From the human T2T-CHM13v2.0 reference genome, Homo sapiens, in NCBI RefSeq assembly GCF_009914755.1, contig NC_060934.1: a stretch of DNA of 64,000 bases; one strand, written 5' to 3'. This document shows positions 54,745 through 64,000 of the stretch, in pieces. Made by a program: the position numbers and the translations under genes. The notes under the pieces were generated by a model. It made no database searches. It worked only from the letters and a program-made list of their open reading frames with translations, and was not told the origin of the DNA. Every line of letters begins with the position of its first letter. The first letter of the stretch is position 1.

Positions 54745-56350
54745 CTGTGTGCCTGATCGGTGCTGTCTTAATTACTACAGTTCCTTGATAAGCGCCCATA
54801 CCTAGTAGGACAGGTCACCTCTCCCTGCTGTTGTAGATTTACAGTGTACAATTTGATGAGTTTTGACAGATGCATGTACCTGGGTCCTGGCTTTTTATTT
54901 TGGCACCTTACTCTCCACTGTAAGTTTTAGAACTAGCTTAGAAGGTTCCATGAGAAACTTTATTGGGGTTTTGATTGGAACTACATTAAATCTGTAGACC
55001 AGCTTGGAGATAATTGACACCTTTGTAATGTTAAATCTTAACTTTTCTACAAGCATGGTATTCTTCTCTGTTAATAAATTGTCCTGAATATGGTTCATTT
55101 CTAACATCTTTTCATATGGTTGTATAGTTTTTCCTGAAGAGAATATATGTCTTTTGTTGGAATTATTATTGGGTTCTTGATAGTGTGTTATACTACTGGA
55201 AATTATATTTCTCTGAAATTACATTTTCTACTTGTTTCACCTGCTATATTCATTACACTTCCAGCCACTTTACTAAACTGTACTGTTATTTCTGTTAATT
55301 TGTGTTACATTTGTTTGGATTTTCTACACAAATGATCATATCATCAGCAAATAATGGTAGTTTACTTTCCTTTTTTTCCAGTCTTTAAGCTTAAAATTGC
55401 TTCTTCTTAGTTGTTCAGGTGCTTCTGGAAAGCACCTCCAGCACAGTGGCCATTCTTGTTTTGTACCTGATTTTAAAGGATGTAAGATGGATATTTTTTA
55501 ATATTGATACTCTTTATCAGATTAATTCTTTTCCCCGACTTACTGGGAGTTTAGATTTTGAATCTAAACTGGTATTGAATCTTAACAAATATTGATTGAG
55601 TTGACTTTTGTTTTTGTACTTTAATCTGTTAATATTGATGAATTACAGATTTTCTAATATCAAACCATCCTTAGATATCTGAGATACACTCAACATGGGT
55701 GTGGTATATTATCTTTTCATAAATATTGTTGCATCCAATTTGCTTTTATTTTACTTATGAATTTTGCAACGGTATTCATGAATAAGATGAATGTGTGACT
55801 TTTAATATTTTTGTCTGATTTTGATTCAGGGTTATGCTAGTTTTGTAGAATGAGTTGAGATAAGTCCGTCTTTTTCTGTTGTTTGAAAGTCTGTGTTAAA
55901 CTGAGATGATTTTTTTCTTGAAAATTTTATGAAACTGGTGGTTTTCTCTTTTTTTTGAATTCCTTGCATTCTTTAATAATTATGTAACTATTCAAGCTTT
56001 ATTCTTGGGTTAAATTTTTCTAGGAATTTTCCCATTTTATCTCATTTTTCCAAATTATTGACATATAGTTATTGGTAATATTTTCTTTTAAGTCCATTTT
56101 ATCTGCATGTTTTACTGTCCATTCGTGTCAGTTTTTTAAAAAGTTGGCCTCTTCATCAACCTAGCCAGAAGTCTGTTTATTTTACTGAAGTTTTTCAAAG
56201 AACTGACTTCTGGTTTTGTTGATCTTCTCTGTTACATCTTTGTTTTCTATTTTATTGATGTTATTCTTAATCATATTTTTATCTTTCCATCCAATTTCTT
56301 GGGTTCTTTTTCTAACTTAAGATGGATACTTGGTTCATTAGCTTTCAACC
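54745..56350 (-). mobile_element. Ancient L1ME-like remnant
   Basis: ttttgattggaactacattaaatctgtaga...atcatatcatcagcaaataat...gggttatgctag...agaatgagttg. Confidence 0.75.
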
Positions 56351-57032
56351 ACTCTGAATCTGTTGCCTATAAAATGAAGATAATTATGCTGCTCTAACTC
56401 CTAGGGTTACCGTGAAGCTCCAGTGAGAAAGTGGTTTGTGAACTATAAAGCCCTTGTCAGTCTTCAGTTTAATGAGACTGCAAACCCGCCCACCCCCATA
56501 GTCTTCCCTAGTTCTAGTCCCTTCCCTTGCCTGAGCTTCATTTAGAGTGACTGTTCTCTTTTCTGAACTACCTTATTGCTTGTAGCATTATACATTCATT
56601 TAGGTTTTGTTATATACTTCTTTTTGTATGGATACCTTCGTGTGAGTCTACACCTCAGCCTTTATTATTGGACGCTGTGGTATCTGAGTGTACAGGATAA
56701 ATCTTAAGCCTCTTTGCATCTCAGTTATTATTCATTCTATACTTTTTTATTGCTTTGATCATTCAGGAAGCATACCATCTAGCTCAGTTTTCTGCAGACA
56801 CTAAAAATAACCTATAGTTTTTTTTTCCCAAAATATGTAAAGGAGTTGGAACTTAGATTATTCATAAATTCCTTCATAACTGATATTGCCTGTTTTTAGA
56901 CTGATTATACTAGTACCAAATTAGTGACTTAATTTTTTATGTATTATGTTGTCCACATGCTTGGGTGAAAGGGGAGATTTGTGTTGGATTCCTCTGACTG
57001 TGAGAAGACACTTTGTTTTGTTGGTTTTGCAG

Positions 57033-57200
57033 GCTTCTCCAGGGAAAGTGACCGAGGCAGTGAAAGAGGCCATTGACGCAGGGTACCGGCACTTCGACTG
57101 TGCTTACTTTTACCACAATGAGAGGGAGGTTGGAGCAGGGATCCGTTGCAAGATCAAGGAAGGCGCTGTAAGACGGGAGGATCTGTTCATTGCCACTAAG
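57033..57200 (+). CDS. AKR1E2: AKR1E2 coding exon 2 (ASPGKVTEAVKEAIDAGYRHFDCAYFYHNE...EDLFIATK)
   Basis: Acceptor ttggttttgcag|GCT and donor AAG|gtaggg; 168 nt. Contains the AKR signature GYRHFDCAYFY with catalytic Asp35 and Tyr40, and Lys69 at the exon end. Confidence 0.97.
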
Positions 57201-57678
57201 GTAGGGCTTCTCTATGCAAGGCTGGCAGAGCTTGGGTAATGCTACATCTCTGGAGGGCTTTCTACTTTCTTCATGGGAGTTGATGACTTTGTTTCATACT
57301 CAAATCGGAATAAACAAGAATATTCACAGCTTCATGAGCATGCTGAATTATATTGTGTGCAGGTTTGTTTCATATTATTTACTTGGTCATTCAGGTAGGA
57401 GTACACAGATATCCCCCAATTAACAATACATTATCAAAATTCAGTTAGTGATGGGCACTTTGACTACAGTGGTGAATAGGACAAAGTCCTAGCCCTCATG
57501 AAGTCTGTTTACACAGCGATTCCTAAATTCAGAATCACTGGGGTGATTGTTAAATGCAGATTCCAAATTCTACCCCACATCTGTTGAAGGAGAAACTCTG
57601 GGTGTGGAGGAAGCAGCTTGAGCACAGGCATAAGGCAGGAAGCAGCACGGCAGGTGCAGGGGTTTGTAGGAAGCTTGG

Positions 57679-58042
57679 TGTATTAGTCCGTTCTCATGCT
57701 GCTGTACGAACATACCTGAGACTGGGTAGTTTATAAAGAAAAAGAGGTTTAATTGACTCACAGTTTCACATAGCTGGGGAGGCCTCACAATCATGGCAAA
57801 AGGCGAAGGAGGAACAAAGGCACGTCTTACATGGTAGCAGACAAGAGAAAGTGTACAGGGGAACTGCCGTTTATAAAACCATCAGTTGTCACGAGACTTA
57901 TTCACTATCACCAGAACAGCATAGGAAAAACTTGCCCCCATGATTCAGTTACCTCCCACTGGGTCCCTCCCATGACACGTAGGGATTATGGGAGCTACAA
58001 TTCAAGATGAGATTTGGCTGTGGACACAACCAAACCAAATCA
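57679..58042 (-). mobile_element. Solo THE1 (THE1C-like) LTR in intron 2
   Basis: tgtattagtccgttctcatgctgct...caattcaagatgagatttgg...ccaaaccaaatca; 5-bp TSD CTTGG at 57674-57678 and 58043-58047. Confidence 0.95.
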
Positions 58043-58059
58043 CTTGGTCTCTCTGGACC

Positions 58060-58470
58060 ACACAATGTCAGGTTGCAGGAGTAATGAGAAGTGAGGCTGA
58101 GTGGTGGATAGGCTAAGCCATGGAAGTTCAGCTGTGCCCTGTCAGGAGCTGTGCTTTTACCTAGAGACAGAGGAGCCCTGTTTCATTTTTAAATAGGGCA
58201 GCTTGTATCATATGTGAGTGCAACTTGTGTTGTATATAGGATATTTTAGTAGGTGAAAGAAGCTTGCATTTGAGGCAGAGGCAGGAGGCCAGGTAGGAGA
58301 CATTAACAGCAGTGCAGGTGGAAGATGATGAAGGCCTGCACTGGCACAGTGGGTGAGGGAGGGAGAAGAGGAAATGGATGTGGAGGGTATTGGGAGTCAG
58401 GACCTGTGGAAGATGCAGAGTGGACTACGATAGTGGAGAATTCAAGAATTCCTTTGCTTTTGATTTGGAA
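58060..58470 (-). mobile_element. L2 fragment
   Basis: gaggcaggaggccaggtaggaga...gcagtgcaggtggaagatgatgaaggcctg is L2-like. Confidence 0.55.
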
Positions 58471-59708
58471 GCAGAATGTTAAGACCATGAGATCAGGAGT
58501 CATGGGTTCATGGTCTAGCTGCCATTCAGGAGCTGTGAGTATTAGGGATTAGATGGCTCAGGCTCACAGCTTCATTATTTGTAAAATGAGACTTTGGATT
58601 TGAGAATTTCCTGAGTAACTTCCCAGCTAAAGTTTCATACCTCAAGATTCAATGTTGTTTCTATAGTTGAATTGCCTTCTGTTTTACTTTATGGAAGTTA
58701 ATGTTCTTCAGGCACCATTGCTATCTGCACTAGAGCAGAGGGTGGTAAGAGAGCAGCCTTGGTGTGTGCTTGGCCAAGCGGGGAGAATGTCTTCTGAATA
58801 GTCCAGGTAGGGATGTGAGCAACTGGAGATTTCTAAGGCTCACCCTGCAATTTGGAGCAAGTTGCTTCTGTGTGGATCGTAGTCAGCAGTGGAAATATGT
58901 TCATTATTTTGGAAATTTGGAAAAGTCATAGAAATGTAATTAGAAATAAATAAATCACACATATAAGCACCACATGGAGACAACTGTGATTAACAATGGA
59001 ATACATTTACTTCCAGCATTCATTTTTTTATTTTTGTGAAGATACTGTGCTCGTTTGTTTTCATTTATTTGATTCCCCTTTCTTTTACTTTCTTTTACTT
59101 TACTTTCTTTTACTTTACTTTCATGTTTTTCCCTTGCTGTGATGGAGCCTTCAGGTTAGCTTATGTCACAGTCAATAAAAGTAAAATGAGGGGAAAAACA
59201 CAAGTTTTTCTACATAATGAGAGTGTGGAAGGAGATAGCTAAAAGAAGTAAGGCAGTGTGAGCTAACTCACCTATAGGCTAACCCACATGGTTACAGTGC
59301 CTTAGGAACAGAGAACTCTTAATACGGAGTCTGTGTAAGTGAGAAACACAAGATAGAGATTCTTCTGATTTTTCGTCATATCTTTTCTGCCTGCAGGAAT
59401 TTCATTTTCGTTTTTGTTTTTGGTCCCAATGAATCCAAATAACCATCAAATATCTCTTGGATTCCTGAGCTTCCCTTGAGGAGGAGTCAGGCAGAAGGAT
59501 CCCAGCTTTGGAGCCTCTCCCTGCAGGTGTCCTGGAACTCTTCTGAGGATAATGTCCCTGTCCTCCCATCAGAACTTGCCGTGTTGTATTTGTGGTCATC
59601 TCATCTTGGCTATTTTGGGTTCAAGACAGTAGCTTTGTGGGGCTACAGAATGGGTGCCATGCTGGCTCTGGGTGGGCACGTGTGACGCTGGTCCCCTCTC
59701 CTTTGTAG

Positions 59709-59825
59709 CTGTGGTGCACCTGCCATAAGAAGTCCTTGGTGGAAACAGCATGCAGAAAGAGTCTCAAGGCCTTGAAGCTGAACTATTTGGACCTCTACCT
59801 CATACACTGGCCCATGGGTTTCAAG
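59709..59825 (+). CDS. AKR1E2: AKR1E2 coding exon 3 ([39 protein letters not shown])
   Basis: Acceptor ctctcctttgtag|CTG and donor AAG|gtaccg; 117 nt. [10 protein letters not shown] motif with catalytic His102. Confidence 0.97.
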
Positions 59826-60864
59826 GTACCGTTCAGTAGGTAGTTCGTTCTGCAGTTTGCAGGACCTTCCTCCCCGTGCTCACACCCTGTCTTGCGGTGG
59901 GGAGAGCATGGACCAGCATTCAGGGCAGGGGTTCCCAGGCTGCATCTGCCACATGCTAGCTGCGGCATTTGGGCAGTCCTCTTGATATCTCTGGGCCTCA
60001 GTTAAGGAGAGGCTTGGCTTGACCTCTGAGGCCCCCACAGGTCTGTCTTTCAAGCCAGTCGCTTTTTTTCCAAGCCAAGAGAGCAGTAGATTTTTTTCCC
60101 TTAGGTTTTTAGGTGAAAGCAGTGATCAGATGAGGAAATACTGCTGCTCAGAGAAAGTTCCCAGTGAATTCCTAGGCCTTGTCTCTTCTTGCAGGTTCTG
60201 TTCTCTTTGGGGAGTAAATGCTGTTTTGCAATATGGGAGATATTTGCTTGTTCACCTGCAGCAGGGTCCAGTGGGTTGTGCTGGTAGTTGACTTTTCCAC
60301 TTGGTTTTATTCTCTTAATTGCTTCACAGTGTGTCTGGAGCATGCATCTGAGCCATGGCTCTGTCACTAAGCTACCCCAGTCTGGCCGTGCAACTTCCCT
60401 ACTCTAGGCAACCTGCTTCTGCCTCACACGGGTCCTGGCCAGGATGTCCCTGCATATTTGCCCTGGGCTGTGATGACAGCCTGCCTGGGCAAGGGCCTGA
60501 TCACACAGTTGACACCTGTGAAATACAGAAGCCCTTGCAGGGATGTTCTTCCTACAATGGAATGGGTGACTGCTGCTCAGCAGTCTTCTACATACCAACC
60601 TGTGAGAAGGTCCCTTTATGTGTGCCACACTGTTGGTTACTGTTTTAGAGTAAAATAACAAAAAACACTTCATTCCTAGCACAGCTTTACTTAACTAAGG
60701 CTTTGTATCTAGTTTCCATAAACGATGTGGGCAGCTGTCCGTTAGTGACACTGACTAAGAGGGGAAGATACCCAGAGGGCAAAACCAGAGTGTTGTCTGT
60801 GCCTTGAAATTCATTGCATGCAGAAAATCATAATTAAAACAATGGCTACAGCTGTATTACACTC

Positions 60865-61040
60865 ATTGCCAGCCAGCATTGTTGTAATTATGTACCCAGA
60901 ACTATGTTAGGTACTTTACACATATTAACTCATTTAATTCTCATGACAGTTCTACAAAGTTGACACTATTAACATCCCTCTTGGAGAGATGATGAAACTA
61001 AGATACAGAAAGTTTAAGGTTTAAGTTAGATTATTGGAGC
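60865..61040 (-). mobile_element. MIR SINE
   Basis: ccagaactatgttaggtactttacacatattaactcatttaattctca...agatgatgaaactaagatacagaaagttta. Confidence 0.8.
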
Positions 61041-61977
61041 CCAGAAGCATATGCTCAGGTCAGACATTTGTTACACTTTCCTTGCCCTCATCCTTTAGCA
61101 GATTCCTGTCTTTGGATTTCTGGGTCGTAGAAAAGGAAAAGGTCTCAGATCATCCAACAAATTACAGAAGAGAATAATGCAGCATCGTCAGCATGTCTTC
61201 TGGCCAGTAGGAACTGCTAGGCCTTGTGTGATGCTGGACAATTAGATCAGGGTCCGAGTATGAGTCCCGGGCTGCAATTTTGTGGAGGCTTGGATAAATG
61301 GCAACATGGGATGTGGCTTTAAAGTGAGACTGTTAGTTACTTCAGCTCATCATGGAAAATGCCTCTTTCATGTGTATCAGGCTGGAACATGTGACATTCT
61401 TCCACTGTTGTTTAGGAGTGTGATTAGGTGTCATTAAATAAACATGCCTATGCCATTCACCCTTAACATGCTACGTGGGAGTACATGAGGGAGGTAGCTG
61501 GATTGCACGTCAGTGCTTCTCTGAAAGATGACTTTAGGTTCTTGCCCTTTCAAGATGTTTCTCTCTGCCCTCTACCTCCTGTGTACCTTTGTATTCTCAC
61601 TTCCTTACCTGTCATCATGATGGGGATTCTAAGAAAGAAGACAAGACCCTAACAGTGGAGTTAGGAGAGGGTTGATTGGGCTCTATAAGACATGAAGAAA
61701 ATGCACTCCTCACCCATTCTTTACCCGAAATTAGTAAACTATTTTCTGGAGGCAATGGGAGAGGACAACCTTGCATCAGTAAGGATACAGGGTCTTCCTT
61801 TCCCATCTTGTGAGAGATGAACAGTGAACATCAGGCTGGCAGAGGCTTTGCCAGCCATCCAGTCCACCAGCCATTCATCTTTTCTTAGAAAGGTGAAGAC
61901 TGGGCCTGGTCACATGGCCAGGCTGGGGTTGCTTAGTGACAGGGCTGTGGCTTGGATGCAGGTCTCCTGACACATGG

Positions 61978-62010
61978 TTTTTTTTGTTTTGTTTTGTTTT
62001 GTTTTGTTTT
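61978..62010 (+). repeat. (TTTTG)n tract upstream of the exon 4 acceptor
   Basis: tttttttgttttgttttgttttgttttgtttt. Confidence 0.9.
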
Positions 62011-62038
62011 CACACATCTCAACTCTCCTTCTTCGCAG

Positions 62039-62173
62039 CCTCCTCATCCAGAATGGATCATGAGCTGCAGTGAACTTTCCTTCTGCCTCTCACATCCTCG
62101 AGTGCAGGACTTGCCTCTGGACGAGAGCAACATGGTTATTCCCAGTGACACGGACTTCCTGGACACGTGGGAG
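62039..62173 (+). CDS. AKR1E2: AKR1E2 coding exon 4 (PPHPEWIMSCSELSFCLSHPRVQDLPLDESNMVIPSDTDFLDTWE)
   Basis: Acceptor ctctccttcttcgcag|CCT and donor GAG|gtgagc; 135 nt, open in phase 0. The last 26 codons are homologous to the loop-A exon of AKR1B-type genes. Confidence 0.9.
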
Positions 62174-63822
62174 GTGAGCTGAGCCACACCACCAGGCAGC
62201 CTCATCCTGTGTGGGTCTCCACCCAGGATGCAGTGAGCCCTGAGCTGCTTGTGTTCAAAGACATCAAGGTTGTCTACCTGAGATGTGGGGTTTGTGGAGC
62301 AAACAAGGAATCAATACCCGAAGAACTCAGAGACCTCAGTGACTTTCTTGTTACCTTTGGTTTGGTATGGTGCAGTTCTCTTGACACATTTGAGGGGTAG
62401 CTCATTATAGACCTCACTTTTTTTCTCAAATATTTATTTATTTTTTTATTAAAAACCATATTTATTTCAGAAAATACAGGAGAGTTCTTCTGCATTAAAC
62501 TAACATTAAAAATTTTATTTTCCTGGCACCCAGCAGTAACCACTGTTAATGTTTTATAGTTCCTTTTTCTCTCAAGCATTTCAGAATGATAAAGTTGGCA
62601 GCATGGAAGCTCAGGCTGGGGAGGTGAGACCAGTGTCGGGGAAGGTTACCAAGTGTCAGCCCATTTCCAGGGTTCAGACCAAAAACAGCCCTTTACTGCA
62701 GGGGCTTGCAGTAAAGACTTGAGCAGGAAATTAAGGGGGTGGTGGATTTGAGAGGTTCCTGGAAGTCGACCCACAGGCTGGGGTGGGTCTCAGGCTTGGG
62801 CTCCAGCATGGCTGACCGAGCACGTGTGGTCTTACAGTCTTGCTAACCATCATGTGGGATGGGACATCACATTTGAGGCCCAAGAAGAAAGTAAGCTTAA
62901 GCTTAAGCTTGCTGAGGTTAGGACAGAGCTTGCTGGGTGAAGCTCTCCAGGGAGGAGGCCAGAGGGAACCCTCGGACAGGGAGGAGTCCCAGGCTAGGCT
63001 CCCCCCATCAATAGAAGACAAAGACTGACCTAAGGTATCTGAGATGTCAGGACCAGGGCCCATGGGCCTCAACTCTTTCTGTCACAATGTTTTATGTCCT
63101 AAAAGATTTGGGTTAAACTCTAGGGTGCTCATGTAGCACCAGCGAGGTTCCGGTGATTGTTGCAGAGTTGAGGCAGTAACTAACTGCTGCGTGTTGGCCC
63201 ATTGGTCACTCAGGACTTGCTGCTGACTACGGACCCTGGCACGAAGCTATGCTCTTCCTGAAGCTCCGGGGCAGCCTGGCTTGCTGGTCAGTGACCAGCT
63301 CAGAGCTTTAGGTTGCTCTGCCCTAAAGTGTCTTAAAATAGTAAGTGGAGAAGGTGGGATAGGAGAATGGTGATGTATCCGTGTGCTTAAGAAGGTCAGT
63401 GTCTCAGTGGAAAGAAAGGTGAACAAATAAAATCCGCAGCAGACATGCTTGCCAGACATCAGGAGGAATAGGAACAAGAAGAGCTCACATGTGTCGAGTA
63501 CTGGACGCCAGCCTTAGCTGACACTTCCTGTGATTCCACATAACCCCTAAACATCCCCGTGGCACAGGCCATGTAGACCTGTCCTGAAGCTGAGAAAATT
63601 GGGGCCAAGTGAGGCCATGCAACTTGCCCAGCATCCCCTAGCCAGAAAAGATGGGACTGAAATCAGACCTTGAGTGCAGAAATGCTTTTGAAGCTTCAAG
63701 TAAAATATTGTAAAAATATTGGGTCCAACCAGTTTTAGAATACCATACAGAACTGCTGAGGGACGTAGATTGTCAGTGCAGTAGACAGAAGCTTCACACC
63801 CAGCAGAGTCGTTCTCTTATAG

Positions 63823-63945
63823 GCCATGGAGGACCTGGTGATCACCGGGCTGGTGAAGAACATCGGGGTGTCAAACTTCAACCATGAACAGCTTGAGAGG
63901 CTTTTGAATAAGCCTGGGTTGAGGTTCAAGCCACTAACCAACCAG
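63823..63945 (+). CDS. AKR1E2: AKR1E2 coding exon 5 ([41 protein letters not shown])
   Basis: Acceptor ttctcttatag|GCC and donor CAG|gtaagc; 123 nt. AKR signature [11 protein letters not shown]. The gene continues beyond the window. Confidence 0.97.
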
Positions 63946-64000
63946 GTAAGCCGATGGAAGCATCAGAGAGTTTAACCTGTGTGGCTGGTCCCCCAGCTGC

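Noticed and set aside
56946-57239. 97-aa ORF as a standalone AKR gene
   Set aside because: It is exon 2 plus flanking intron; splice sites delimit 57033-57200.

Overview
This is primate (human-like) genomic DNA that I recognise as the 5' part of AKR1E2 (aldo-keto reductase 1E2, 1,5-anhydro-D-fructose reductase; human 10p15 from memory) plus about 52 kb of repeat-rich upstream sequence. Coding exons 1-5 lie on the + strand (52682-52720, 57033-57200, 59709-59825, 62039-62173, 63823-63945), all with GT-AG phase-0 introns. They encode the first 194 aa, including the catalytic tetrad D35/Y40/K69/H102, and the gene continues past the window end. Upstream is a patchwork of L1, Alu, L2, MIR, MaLR/ERV1 LTRs and hAT relics. 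Nearly all ORFs in the supplied track are artefacts of these repeats. Three structures stand out. (1) A 4 x 110-bp tandem repeat at 42011-42450 carries a near-perfect, identically oriented CTCF motif plus a CCAAT box in every unit, about 10 kb upstream of the promoter. (2) A helically phased array of 7-8 CCAAT/CCAAT-like boxes at 31-34 bp spacing sits in the CpG-island promoter. (3) Exon 4 appears to have gained 57 nt (19 aa) because the ancestral acceptor CAG became CAT, leaving a fossil polypyrimidine tract that is now translated. All functional claims are inference from sequence, and repeat subfamily names are by eye.
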